Under the pieces are notes generated by a model. That model saw only the letters and a list, made by a program, of their open reading frames with translations. It was not told the DNA's origin and made no database searches. From IMG/VR virus record IMGVR_UViG_3300043178_000179: a stretch of 64,000 nt of DNA; one strand, given 5' to 3'. Positions 19,026 to 28,334 of this stretch are shown here, piece by piece. The translations under genes were made by a program, and so were the position numbers. The stretch's first letter is position 1. The number at the start of each line of letters is the position of its first letter. Origin of the DNA: a virus (lineage: Duplodnaviria > Heunggongvirae > Uroviricota > Caudoviricetes).

Positions 19026-20798
19026 CCGAGCATCGACGCGCTGCTCGCGAAGGCCGCGCGCCAGGCGCCCCGGCAGGCTCCGGGCATGGACCTGGACGCG
19101 CTGCTGGCCCGGGCGGCTCGACAGGCCGCCCCCGCCGCCGGCGTGGCTCGACAGGCCGCCCCTGCCGGCGTGGCCCGGGTCCAGGCCCCTCCGGCGGCCG
19201 CCAAGCCGAAGGGGAAGCTCCGGCGGCTGCACGACCCGAAGCTCGCCCCCGCCAAGGGCGTCGAGGTCACCCAGGTCCGCACCCAGGCCGGCGGCAAGCC
19301 GTTCGAGGTGGACGCGCTCGTCCTCTCCTCGACTCCCGACCTCGTGGTCCACCGTCCGATCAGGGTCTACGACGAGGTCTTCTCGTCCGACGGCTTCGTC
19401 GTGACCCATCGCTGGACCGGCGCCGCGGTCGCCTACGGTCCGCCGGACGCGATCCCCCAGGATGCGATCCCGCTCATTCCTGCCGTCGCCACCTGGCTCC
19501 GGAAGGGCAGGATCGACCTGGCCGAGCGGGACTACGAGAAGCTCAGCGCCGCCAGCCGTGCCTCCGGGTTGGACAAGGGGGAGGTCGAACGGCTCCTCCA
19601 GGATCCCCGGAAGCTGCCGCGGCTGGTCGCCGCGCGCCAGGCCGCGCGGGCGCAGCGGCGGAAGATCGTGCTCGGCCAGGGGATCGGCGATGCCCAGATC
19701 GCGGCGGAGATCCGCGCCGCGATCCGGAGGGACGACGGCCTGGCGCTCTACGGTAACGAGCTGGCCGTGCGCATCGGACCCTTCCCGGCCTTCCACTACC
19801 GGTTCTGTTGGACGGGGAAGAAGGTCGTCCTGGACCCGTGGACTCCGCAGGGCTGGCGTTCCGGTCCCGAGCCCCGGCTCGGGATCGACCAGCCGGTGAT
19901 CCGGAAGCCGTCGAAGGTCGTGCTCGACGCGCTCGACGAGTTCATGTCCGCGGCGACGGCCGCGCGGCTCCGTGGCCGGAAGAAGCTGGCGTGGCCCGTG
20001 CCCGACGCACCGGTCGGGCGGATCCGTCGCGCGAAGCCACTGGACGCCGAGCAGCAGCTCCGGCGGCGCGCGAGCTACCTGCACGCGATGGACCCCGAGG
20101 CGAAGAAGCCGGTCAAGCCGGTCGTCGTCCTGGTCGAGGCCGACAATCGGCTCTGGGTCTGGCACGGCGGCGTGGTGGGGCCGGGTCCGGACAAGATGCT
20201 CTACGAGGTCGTGCCGAAGGCGGCCTGGAAGGGTCCGACCTTCGGCTACAAGGAGAGCGGCCGCGCGCGCTCGCTCGGACTCGTGTTCTGCGACGACGCG
20301 GCCGACGAAGCCGGGCACGAGATCACCGTGCGTGGCCAGTCCTACGTCCACACCGGGCGGACCATGCTCGTCACCGCGCCCATGATCTCGGACGACATGT
20401 TCGCCGAGGGGCTCTTGCTGCTCAAGGACAAGCGACTCGTGATGAGCCTCGGTCCCGTCCAGCGACCGCGGGCCTTTTCCGGCCGCCTCGGTGATGTGGA
20501 TCCGGCGCGGGTGATGGCGGTCGACCTCCGGGACCCGAGGACCGTGGCGATCGCCAAGGCCAAGGTCAAGGGAGCGACGTTCGCGGAGCTGGAAGCGATG
20601 GCCCGGCCGAGGCCCATCGTGGTGCAGCTCGGCGACGTGGCCGAGTACCTGCACCTCCGCACGGCCGAGGAGGAGATCAAGAAGCGCGCGCCGGGCTTCG
20701 ACTGGCAGGTCCGTCAGGCGCTCGCGGCCCTGATGCGCAAGCCGCACGAAGTCGAGGAGCAGGACAGGGACGAGGACGAGGAGGAAGGCGAGGAATGA
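19023..20798 (+). CDS. DLDALL-motif family protein 5 (591 aa, acidic C-terminal tail)
   Basis: 'MPSIDALLAKAARQAPRQAPGMDLDALLARAARQ'. C-terminal 'EVEEQDRDEDEEEGEE'. Confidence 0.55.
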   Translation: MPSIDALLAKAARQAPRQAPGMDLDALLARAARQAAPAAGVARQAAPAGVARVQAPPAAAKPKGKLRRLHDPKLAPAKGVEVTQVRTQAGGKPFEVDALVLSSTPDLVVHRPIRVYDEVFSSDGFVVTHRWTGAAVAYGPPDAIPQDAIPLIPAVATWLRKGRIDLAERDYEKLSAASRASGLDKGEVERLLQDPRKLPRLVAARQAARAQRRKIVLGQGIGDAQIAAEIRAAIRRDDGLALYGNELAVRIGPFPAFHYRFCWTGKKVVLDPWTPQGWRSGPEPRLGIDQPVIRKPSKVVLDALDEFMSAATAARLRGRKKLAWPVPDAPVGRIRRAKPLDAEQQLRRRASYLHAMDPEAKKPVKPVVVLVEADNRLWVWHGGVVGPGPDKMLYEVVPKAAWKGPTFGYKESGRARSLGLVFCDDAADEAGHEITVRGQSYVHTGRTMLVTAPMISDDMFAEGLLLLKDKRLVMSLGPVQRPRAFSGRLGDVDPARVMAVDLRDPRTVAIAKAKVKGATFAELEAMARPRPIVVQLGDVAEYLHLRTAEEEIKKRAPGFDWQVRQALAALMRKPHEVEEQDRDEDEEEGEE

Positions 20799-21427
20799 CC
20801 GAGCACGACTGGCGCGTGAAGTACGGCAAGCTCCGAGCCGCGGCCCACAGCCTCGGGACCGACTGGACCGCCTTCGAGAAGGCCGCTCTGCCGCTGGTGC
20901 CGGAGGGCTTCCGAGCGGGTCTCGGCCGGATCTTCGCGAACGAACGCGAGAAGACCGAGACCTACCTCAACCTCGTGATCTCCATCGCGGAACGCAGAGC
21001 CGAGGGCTCGTCGGCTCGTCGCAACGACGAGGAACGGGCCGACTGGATCGACAACGACGAGGGCCTCTACTCGCTGTGGAAGCGCAGTCGCCTCCCCAAG
21101 CGGGAGTTCATCCGGCGGAACCGAGACCTGATCGACCAGGCGATCGACCGGGTGCTGACCGGAGAAGAGCCCGCGCACTCGCTGCTGTACGGGGTCGGAC
21201 ATCGCGGCGGCTCGGCCGCCGCCCGGCCGAAGGCCAGGATCGCGTTCTACGAGGTGGGCCTGGTCGAGCGTCCCAGCGGCCGTCGCGACCGTCGCCCCAC
21301 GTACGTCTGGAAGCCCGGGTACAGCAGGCGGCCCGATGGCGGCGCCCAGCCCTGGCGCACGCGGAGGGAAGCCGAGGCCCAGGCCCGCGCGCAGGGGGCA
21401 CGGGCGCGGTTCATCCATCGCCGGTAG
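20795..21427 (+). CDS. hypothetical protein
   Basis: ATGA overlap with the upstream gene. 210 aa protein-like. Confidence 0.5.
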   Translation: MTEHDWRVKYGKLRAAAHSLGTDWTAFEKAALPLVPEGFRAGLGRIFANEREKTETYLNLVISIAERRAEGSSARRNDEERADWIDNDEGLYSLWKRSRLPKREFIRRNRDLIDQAIDRVLTGEEPAHSLLYGVGHRGGSAAARPKARIAFYEVGLVERPSGRRDRRPTYVWKPGYSRRPDGGAQPWRTRREAEAQARAQGARARFIHRR

Positions 21428-21459
21428 TCCTTGCGCCTGTGACAGGTCCATGGTAGGCG

Positions 21460-21786
21460 ATGGACATGAAGTTCACCGTCAAGTTGCCCGCCGCACCGAC
21501 GACGCGCGATGAGCTGCTGGCCCAAGCAGCGGCCATGGGCATTGAGCTGGCCGGGGAGTGGATCTGTCCATGCTGTCGCGGCGCGGCGTACCTCAGCGCC
21601 TCGATGGAGACAGCCTGGAGTCTCGTGGCGGACTTGGCGGAGCCCTTCGTCGTTTGCGGCGTGGGCCCCTGGGGCTTCACCTGTGGGACCGCGCAGAAGG
21701 CGTCGCTGCGGCCGCCGCTGGACACGCTGTCCTTCCTTCGGGAGCAGGCCGCGCTGGAGCCGCAGGAAGCTGCGGAGGCCGGGTGA
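21460..21786 (+). CDS. small Cys-containing protein
   Basis: 'EWICPCCRGAAY...VVCGVGPWGFTCG'. Confidence 0.4.
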   Translation: MDMKFTVKLPAAPTTRDELLAQAAAMGIELAGEWICPCCRGAAYLSASMETAWSLVADLAEPFVVCGVGPWGFTCGTAQKASLRPPLDTLSFLREQAALEPQEAAEAG

Positions 21787-22385
21787 TCCACGCGCTCGGT
21801 GCCGACCCCGGTTCCAGCGCCGCGTGGGCGCTGGTCGAACTGGAACGCGGGAGCCTGCCGCGTTTCCTCGCACTGGCCGAGGTCCACGGGTCGGAGGACA
21901 AGTGGCTCTCGCGGGCGAGGGACGGCCTCCGCGCGTGTCTCGACCGGGTCCCCGAAGCCTCGCCGGACCTCTGCTGGATCGAGCGGCCGCCGGATCGGGT
22001 CCGTCGGGATGCCAGCGTCCGGCATCACGCGAGCGCGGCCGGCCTGGGGATCCGCGCCGGGATGATGGCGGGGGTCTACTACATGGCGACGGGGAAGTCC
22101 GCCGAGCTGGTGGACCCTGGTACGTGGCAGCAACGGGCATGGGGCCGGGGGCGGGTAGGTCCGAAGGCCCAGGGTGCGGACAAGGCGCAGGTGGCGCTCC
22201 AGCGTGTGAGGCTCGCGGCGTCGCTGGTCCCGGGGTCCCGTCCGGTTCTCGAAGCGATCAGCATGTCGCGCCAGGCGGACTGCGCCGAGGCGGTGCTGAT
22301 CGCCGGGGCCGCGGCCCTGGCCTGTTTGGCGCGGCAGACGACGCCGGCCCTGGGGCGCCGTGCACCGCGCCAGGAGGACGAATGA
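21783..22385 (+). CDS. RuvC-like Holliday junction resolvase
   Basis: N-terminal 'VIHALGADPGSSAAWALVE' matches the RuvC 'ILGIDPGSxxTG' signature. GTGA overlap with the upstream gene. Confidence 0.6.
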   Translation: MIHALGADPGSSAAWALVELERGSLPRFLALAEVHGSEDKWLSRARDGLRACLDRVPEASPDLCWIERPPDRVRRDASVRHHASAAGLGIRAGMMAGVYYMATGKSAELVDPGTWQQRAWGRGRVGPKAQGADKAQVALQRVRLAASLVPGSRPVLEAISMSRQADCAEAVLIAGAAALACLARQTTPALGRRAPRQEDE

Positions 22386-22777
22386 TGCGGCGCGTGTCCC
22401 CGGAGGAGCGCGCCGCCTACGACGCGCGGGTGGCCGAGCTTCGCGCGTCGAGCGCGATCGAGGATCGGATCGTCGGGATCCTCCTCGATGCGACGATCGG
22501 CAGCAAGGAGCCGACCGCAGAGGCGATGTACCGGGTCAAGGCCGCCGTGATCCTCGCGGAGGTCGTACGCCCCCTCACCGTGGGCGATCCGTGTCCGGTG
22601 TGCGGGCTTCCCGGCTTGAAGTGGCACCCGGGCACCGCGTTGCAGAGCGCGACCCGGATCGAGTGCCCGGAGCTTTGGGACGGGCCCCTCTACTGCCCTA
22701 CCTGCGGGTTCATGGTGCCCGGGACGCCCCCGTCGCCCCCGTCGCCCCCGGCGCCCCCGGCCGCCGCCGGTGCATAG
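22382..22777 (+). CDS. zinc-ribbon protein
   Basis: 'CPVCGLPG...CPTCGF'. ATGA overlap. Pro-rich C-terminus. Confidence 0.45.
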   Translation: MMRRVSPEERAAYDARVAELRASSAIEDRIVGILLDATIGSKEPTAEAMYRVKAAVILAEVVRPLTVGDPCPVCGLPGLKWHPGTALQSATRIECPELWDGPLYCPTCGFMVPGTPPSPPSPPAPPAAAGA

Positions 22778-22789
22778 CCGTCGTCGCCC

Positions 22790-22817
22790 TTGCGCGGCGG
22801 TCGCCCCATGTTAGGAT
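22790..22817 (+). promoter_or_regulatory. candidate promoter (TTGCGC-16nt-TAGGAT) upstream of the 22849 ORF
   Basis: A -35-like and TANNNT -10-like hexamer pair in a 70-nt intergenic gap. Confidence 0.25.
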
Positions 22818-22848
22818 ACGGAACCGTCCTGGAGTGCCGATGACCTCG

Positions 22849-23022
22849 ACGACCGAACACGGGCCCGAATGCTGGCGCCAGCCGGCGCACCACGCCTGCG
22901 CGATCGAGGAGATCGACCGGCTCCAGCGCAGCGCGCGCCGGACGCGGGACGAGGCGGAGCTGCGCCGCCGTCGCGAGCGGGTGCTCGACGACATCCTCCG
23001 CACGCTTCCGCGGGTGCGCTGA
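22849..23022 (+). CDS. small hypothetical protein (57 aa)
   Basis: ATG preceded by a promoter-like element. R-rich coiled C-terminus. Confidence 0.35.
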   Translation, partial: TTEHGPECWRQPAHHACAIEEIDRLQRSARRTRDEAELRRRRERVLDDILRTLPRVR

Positions 23023-23645
23023 TGGCCCTCGAACTCTGGGTCATGCCGGGGGTGCCCCAAGGCGCCGAGGCGCCGGTCGACGGCCTGCGCCGCGCGACGG
23101 TGGACGACCTGCTGGCGCACCCGTTGGTCCGCGACGCGGTGGAAGACGACGGGACGCTCGCGGAGGACGAGGACGGCTGTTTCGAGGACGGCGAAGCCGA
23201 CGAGGTGGAGTGCCCGCGCTGCCATGCCACGGCCGAGCACTGTCCGGCGTGCGGTGGGACCGGAGCCGTCTCCAGCCGGATCGAGGACCTGATCGAGATT
23301 TGGATGATCTACGACGGCGAGGGCACCCGTGGCTGGGTGCTGACGGTCGGGCTCGCGCGCCTCGGCCTGCCCGAGCTGGAGGTCCGGGGCCTCCCGCGCT
23401 TCCTGATGCGGTCGGCCGGCGGCATGCTCAACGCGGTCGCGGACTACATGCTCCATGGCGAGCCTGTCGCGGCCGGGGAGAACATGATCATGGGTGACAA
23501 CCCGGCCTTCAAGTTCGTCCAGGCGGACCCGATTCCGGGCCAGGAGCAGTTCTACCGCGACGTGCGCCTGCTGATCGTGGACGACGAGGACAACCCGCCC
23601 GAGTGCGTGGTCTGCGCGGCCGGCCCGCACGAGAGTCACCATTGA
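23022..23645 (+). CDS. hypothetical CxxC...CxxC protein
   Basis: 'ECPRCHATAEHCPACGGTG'. ATG overlaps the upstream TGA. Confidence 0.45.
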   Translation: MALELWVMPGVPQGAEAPVDGLRRATVDDLLAHPLVRDAVEDDGTLAEDEDGCFEDGEADEVECPRCHATAEHCPACGGTGAVSSRIEDLIEIWMIYDGEGTRGWVLTVGLARLGLPELEVRGLPRFLMRSAGGMLNAVADYMLHGEPVAAGENMIMGDNPAFKFVQADPIPGQEQFYRDVRLLIVDDEDNPPECVVCAAGPHESHH

Positions 23646-23950
23646 ACCGGGTGCTGCTGGTCCGTGGTGGTGAGACCCTGGTGGCTGAGGACCGGGTCTC
23701 GCTCTTCGCGCTTCTCGACGAAGTGCGGCGTCGTGCTCCCTTCGACGTCGTGCGGCACGACGGCGTGCCGCTGGTGGCCGCCTGGGCGCGGAGCAATCGC
23801 ATCCGGGAGGAGGAGGGCATCCCGGACGAGGCCCCTGGCGTCGTCGTCGGGCTGGTGCTCCCGGGTCCTCCGGGCACGCCGCCGCCCACGGCGGCCGAGA
23901 TCCCGAGTCTCCCGAGGAGCAAGGTCTTCCGGGCTGCGTGGGCCCGCTGA
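23642..23950 (+). CDS. hypothetical protein
   Basis: TTG (or GTG at 23651) start overlapping the upstream stop. Confidence 0.4.
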   Translation: MNRVLLVRGGETLVAEDRVSLFALLDEVRRRAPFDVVRHDGVPLVAAWARSNRIREEEGIPDEAPGVVVGLVLPGPPGTPPPTAAEIPSLPRSKVFRAAWAR

Positions 23951-24072
23951 TGATCGTCCACCCGGTACTGCTCGCGGGAGCGCTCGCCGGGGCGGTCGCG
24001 TGGCTGGTGCACGAACTACGCGAACGCACCGCGGCCCTGTCCGCCCGTGGCGAGCACTGGAGGGCCTCGTGA
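23950..24072 (+). CDS. small membrane peptide (40 aa)
   Basis: 'MIVHPVLLAGALAGAVAWLV'. Coupled to both flanking genes. Confidence 0.3.
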   Translation: MIVHPVLLAGALAGAVAWLVHELRERTAALSARGEHWRAS

Positions 24073-25076
24073 TCGACAGCCGCATCGAATGGTGCGACGA
24101 CACGGTGAACCCCTGGTGGGGGTGCGAGAAGGTATCTCCGGCCTGTCGCTTCTGCTACGCGGAGGCGCTGGACGCCCGCAACCTCCACGGCGACGGTTTC
24201 CACTGGGGCTCCGGGGCCCCGCGGAGGTTCCGGGTCGAGAAGGCGCTGCACGAGTTGGAGCGGTCGATCCGGCGCGCGACCCGAGAGGATCGCGTGCGAC
24301 GGGTCTTCGTCGCGTCGATGGCGGACGTGTTCGAGGACCGGGCGGACGTAGCCGATGCGCGGCTGGCGTTCCTGACCGGCGCACGCGGTCTGGCGGAGAG
24401 CTGGCGCGCGACCCGCGACCTGGCGGCGGACGCCTTGGGGTATGGACCGCAGGATCCCGATGGGCCGCCGCCGATCCGGCTCCTGCTGCTCACGAAGCGT
24501 CCGCATGTCATGGCGGCCTGGGCAGCGCGGCACGGCTGGGAGCCCTGGTGGTGGGCGGGGACGACGGTCGAGGACCAGGAGCGGGCGGCCGAGCGCATCC
24601 CGCACCTCTTCGAGGTTCCGGCTCGGGTGCGGTTTCTGAGCTGCGAGCCGCTGCTGGAGCGGGTCGTGCTCGGCGATGCCCTGGGTGGGTGTCGCTGCGC
24701 CGTCGAGATGATGGAGGGCGCCGGCCAGCACGCGGTCGGGTGTCCCGCCACGAAGCCTCGCGTCGACTGGGTCATCGCGGGCGGCGAGAGCGGCGCAAGC
24801 GCACGGCCCGCGCACCCGGACTGGTTCCGGTCGCTGCGCGAGGAGTGCCGCGCGGCCGATGTCCCGTTCTTCTTCAAGCAGTGGGGCGCGTGGTCGCCGC
24901 AGCCGCTGCCCTGGGACGTGGACGAAGTGGCCGCGGCCGGACCGTCGGGCTTCGCGCCCTGGAAGGACAAGTCGTCGGGCGAGAACATGGCGGTCCTCCG
25001 CATGGGTCGGCGGGCCTCGGGTCGTTTCCTCGATGGACAGCGCTGGGACCAGGTTCCAGAAGGAGTGGCCGCGTGA
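24069..25076 (+). CDS. phage Gp37/Gp68-family protein (DUF5131-like)
   Basis: 'WCDDTVNPWWGCEKVSPACRFCYAE' and 'SCEPLLE...WVIAGGESG...PFFFKQWG'. Confidence 0.6.
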   Translation: MIDSRIEWCDDTVNPWWGCEKVSPACRFCYAEALDARNLHGDGFHWGSGAPRRFRVEKALHELERSIRRATREDRVRRVFVASMADVFEDRADVADARLAFLTGARGLAESWRATRDLAADALGYGPQDPDGPPPIRLLLLTKRPHVMAAWAARHGWEPWWWAGTTVEDQERAAERIPHLFEVPARVRFLSCEPLLERVVLGDALGGCRCAVEMMEGAGQHAVGCPATKPRVDWVIAGGESGASARPAHPDWFRSLREECRAADVPFFFKQWGAWSPQPLPWDVDEVAAAGPSGFAPWKDKSSGENMAVLRMGRRASGRFLDGQRWDQVPEGVAA

Positions 25077-25573
25077 TCGTCGTCAAGGTCTGCATGTGGC
25101 CCGGTGGAGATCCGGCCCATGAGCGGGTCGAGTGCATCGGCCTGATCGATTTCCAGGCCCAGGCGAAGACCGATGACGCCTCCCTCGGCGTTCGCCAGGG
25201 CGAGCGGGCCTACCGGGTCCGGCTCTTGAAGATGCCGCAGTTCGGCGGGCCGGATGGCTCCGACCCGGAGAGGCTTCGCGCCCCGCGCGCTTCCGACGTC
25301 TGGCGCGAAGGCTACGTCCGTGGGCACCAGCCGGGACCCCGCGGCGCATGGGACCTCCTCGGTGGCGCATTGGCGGTCTTGCTGGGCTCTCGGTTGGGAG
25401 GCTACGTCCGGTACGGTGGGGCTCCCGCGCCCGCCCGGGATGCTCCCATCCGGTGCGGAGCGAAGCTCGAAGACGAGGACGGCCGCTGCGCGCGTGTCGA
25501 CGGGCACAACGGCCGGCACTCGCTCTACCCGCTGAACGAGGCGGACGAGTTGGTCGCGGAGGAACGGACATGA
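25073..25573 (+). CDS. hypothetical protein
   Basis: GTGA-coupled, 166 aa. Confidence 0.45.
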   Translation: MIVVKVCMWPGGDPAHERVECIGLIDFQAQAKTDDASLGVRQGERAYRVRLLKMPQFGGPDGSDPERLRAPRASDVWREGYVRGHQPGPRGAWDLLGGALAVLLGSRLGGYVRYGGAPAPARDAPIRCGAKLEDEDGRCARVDGHNGRHSLYPLNEADELVAEERT

Positions 25574-25779
25574 GCGACGGTCTGCACTGGCCGGCTTCGG
25601 AGACCGCGAAGCGCGGCGCCTACCTCCACTCCTACGTCGAGTTCGGACGGCTTGGTCGCCGCCTGGAGTTCTGGCAGCTCCGGGACAACCGCCCCCGCTG
25701 GCGCACGTTGTTGTCGCCGGCGTGGTGGTCCCGCTTTCGGGTCCGGGTCACCCCATCCGGGCATGGAGAGAGGACATGA
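25570..25779 (+). CDS. small hypothetical protein
   Basis: ATGA-coupled, 69 aa. Confidence 0.4.
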   Translation: MSDGLHWPASETAKRGAYLHSYVEFGRLGRRLEFWQLRDNRPRWRTLLSPAWWSRFRVRVTPSGHGERT

Positions 25780-26000
25780 ACACCAGGGACATCGCGCGCG
25801 GCGAGGCGCGCATGTACCAGGACGCCGATCCGCTCGTCTGCTACCTCGTGGCGGACGGCTGGGCCGAGGTCCTGCACCTGCGGGCGTGGGACACGCACGC
25901 GCCGTACCGGGTGCGCCCCGGGACGGTCGTGGAGGTCCGGCGGCAGCGTGAGCTGCATCGGCTCCCCGATGGCTGGGCCGAGCGCCAGGTGCAGGACTGA
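25776..26000 (+). CDS. small hypothetical protein
   Basis: ATGA-coupled, 74 aa. Confidence 0.4.
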   Translation: MNTRDIARGEARMYQDADPLVCYLVADGWAEVLHLRAWDTHAPYRVRPGTVVEVRRQRELHRLPDGWAERQVQD

Positions 26001-26239
26001 TGTCCGCCCTGCTCGAAGCACTGGACGCACGCCTCATGGAGACGTGTACCGATCCGGGTGGTCTGCTGGATCCACTGGATTACGATGTGTGGGTCCGAAA
26101 GCGGCGACTGCCGGACTTTCGAGCCACCCGCGATCTTGTCGCAGGTGTGTGCCAGGATCTACGGCTTCCCCCGGAGGAGACCCATCGGATCATGGTGTCC
26201 ATCTTCGGGTGGGCGTGCTGCCGCAGGACTGAGCTGTGA
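26000..26239 (+). CDS. small hypothetical protein
   Basis: ATG overlaps the upstream TGA. 79 aa. Confidence 0.4.
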   Translation: MSALLEALDARLMETCTDPGGLLDPLDYDVWVRKRRLPDFRATRDLVAGVCQDLRLPPEETHRIMVSIFGWACCRRTEL

Positions 26240-26553
26240 CCTCGCGCGACCTCGCCCTCCTCCTCCCGGCCCTGGACCGCGCCACCGGCCGGCCGTGGAC
26301 GACGTGCGTGTGCGGCGACGGGCGGCTGCTCGCGTGGCCCGCGGGCGATGGCGGTCGCATCGGTGGCCAGCTTGCGCTCATCGAGTGCTGGACGCAGGAC
26401 GCCTACCGCTCAATGCCGCACACGATCCGGCGCGTGGTTCTCCGGTCGCAGTTCCGCGCGCTGGATGGCGACCGGCGGGACATTGAGGCCGGGCCCGGCT
26501 GGCCGATCCGGGCGGCTGCGGCCGTAGTCGAGATGCTGGCGGCGCGGACGTGA
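26236..26553 (+). CDS. small hypothetical protein ending in the shared '...RAAAAVVEMLA' junction motif
   Basis: GTG start. The 3' end is DNA-identical to the 3' end of ORF 4736..5002. Confidence 0.4.
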   Translation: MTSRDLALLLPALDRATGRPWTTCVCGDGRLLAWPAGDGGRIGGQLALIECWTQDAYRSMPHTIRRVVLRSQFRALDGDRRDIEAGPGWPIRAAAAVVEMLAART

Positions 26554-28334
26554 TCGCCGTTGACCTTTTCGCTGGTGGCGGCGGCGCAGCGCTGGGCCTC
26601 GCTCGCGCCGGCATCGAGCACGCGGCCTGCGTGGACTTCGATGAGGACGCCGTAGTGGTCGCCCGGCGCCTCGGCCTGCCTGCTGTCTGCGCGCGGGTGG
26701 AGGAGTGGACGCCGCCGTCAGGCTCGGTCGATCTCGTGTGGGCGAGCTGCCCCTGCCAGGACTGGAGTACCGCCGGGAAGCGCAGAGGGGCGCAAGGGCA
26801 GCGCAACGGCTACCCCGCGCTGTTCGCGGCACTCGACCGGATGGCCGAGGCGGGCTGCTCCCCGAGGTGGCTCCTGGGCGAGCAGGTCCCCGGGATCCTC
26901 GCCCACAAGAGTGCTGCGGAGTGCGACGAGGGGCGCGACCCGCGGCCCATCGACTGCCCCGCCTGCTACTGGCACGCCGAGCTGGTTCCCGAGTTCCGCC
27001 GCCGCTTCGCGGTCGTCCAGTGGCGCGTGCTCGACGCGGCGGACTACGGCGTCCCCCAGCGGCGACGGCGGGTGATCCTCGTCTGCGGTCCCGTGCCGAT
27101 CCGCTGGCCGGCGTCCACCCACAGCCGCGAGGCGCTGGTGTGGGCCAAGTGGGGACGCGGCGAGCTGGGGGGCGTCCAGGGCGGATCCTACTGGATCGAG
27201 CACGGGATCTCGCCCGTCGGAGAGCCATCCCGAGAGGAGCGCCGGGTGCTGAGCCAGATGCGATCCGTCGGCCTATTCGGCGTGCCGTGGGCGCCGCAGC
27301 GGTGGCGGACCGTGCGGGACGCGCTGGGGCTGGCCCAATGGGCGACCGAGACGCGATTCAGCGGCGGACTCCTGGCGGTCACGGGGCCCGAGCGGAGCGC
27401 GGCCCCGCAGTCGGTGCGCGTGCTCACCGCAGATGAACCCTCGGATACGCTGAGCGGCGGCACACCGACGGGGAGTCATCGAGCGCCGTTGGTCCAGATG
27501 ATCGGGGGCAACCGAGGGCGGGCGCAAGGTGGTGTGCTGCGTGGCCCGATGATCAACGGGGTAGATCAACCCGGATGGACGGTAGATCGCACCCCCACAA
27601 GCCTCCGTGTCATCGGTGGTGGACATCATCCACCCGCCGACCAGGAGGCCACGCGCACCCTCAGCGACCTGACAGACGAGCCATCCACGACGATTCCGGC
27701 GGGGTACGTCGGAAGCAACGGGCCGTGGGTGCTCGGCACCGGCGCGGAGACAGCGAGCCGCGCTCGGCGCGTGCTCAATGCGAAGCATCCGCCCGCTGAC
27801 CCGGATGCGCCGATGCCGACCTGTCGTTCGGGCGGCGACGGACATACCGCCCCGCCGCTCTACTTGCGCACCGAACAGGTGGGTGCCTCCGCGACGAGCG
27901 TGGATGAACCGAGCCCGACGCAGCCAACGGTCGGGAACCAGTACCTCCACCCGGCCGATCCGGGAGTGCGCCGCAAGGGTGACCTGCTGGATCTCGATGC
28001 CGCCTCACCGACGATCCGCGCGCAGTCGTCCGTGGACGCCTCGGGGCACCAGGGCGGGCACGCGGCGCCGTTCGTCGCCCTCGGTGACAGCGAGAGCGAC
28101 GCGGTGTTCCTCGCCACCGGAATCCGCCGCCTTACGCCTGGGGAGTGCGCTATACTCCAGGGGTGGCCCGAGCTGGGCGAGTGGCGCCGAGGTGGCGACT
28201 ACCCGCTGAGCGCAGCGCGCACGAAGAGCATGGCATACCACGTCGTCGGTAACGCCGTGCCGCCTTCGCTTGCCGAGGCCGTCGGGCGGGCCGTGATCGA
28301 GGCCGATGCCACGTGGCGCAGGGCGGCGAAGTGA
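26550..28334 (+). CDS. DNA (cytosine-5)-methyltransferase
   Basis: Motif I 'VDLFAGGGGAALGL', motif IV 'SCPCQDWSTAGKRRG', motif X 'GNAVPP'. GTGA-coupled start. Confidence 0.8.
   Translation: MIAVDLFAGGGGAALGLARAGIEHAACVDFDEDAVVVARRLGLPAVCARVEEWTPPSGSVDLVWASCPCQDWSTAGKRRGAQGQRNGYPALFAALDRMAEAGCSPRWLLGEQVPGILAHKSAAECDEGRDPRPIDCPACYWHAELVPEFRRRFAVVQWRVLDAADYGVPQRRRRVILVCGPVPIRWPASTHSREALVWAKWGRGELGGVQGGSYWIEHGISPVGEPSREERRVLSQMRSVGLFGVPWAPQRWRTVRDALGLAQWATETRFSGGLLAVTGPERSAAPQSVRVLTADEPSDTLSGGTPTGSHRAPLVQMIGGNRGRAQGGVLRGPMINGVDQPGWTVDRTPTSLRVIGGGHHPPADQEATRTLSDLTDEPSTTIPAGYVGSNGPWVLGTGAETASRARRVLNAKHPPADPDAPMPTCRSGGDGHTAPPLYLRTEQVGASATSVDEPSPTQPTVGNQYLHPADPGVRRKGDLLDLDAASPTIRAQSSVDASGHQGGHAAPFVALGDSESDAVFLATGIRRLTPGECAILQGWPELGEWRRGGDYPLSAARTKSMAYHVVGNAVPPSLAEAVGRAVIEADATWRRAAK

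Noticed and set aside
18990-19756. Continuation of the 18248 ORF to 19756 (502 aa in the ORF track)
   Set aside because: Beyond ~19020 the frame becomes R/G/P-rich. The frame-0 gene starting 'MPSIDALLAKA' at 19023 carries the family motif and a coherent 591-aa body, so the long extension is treated as readthrough artefact.
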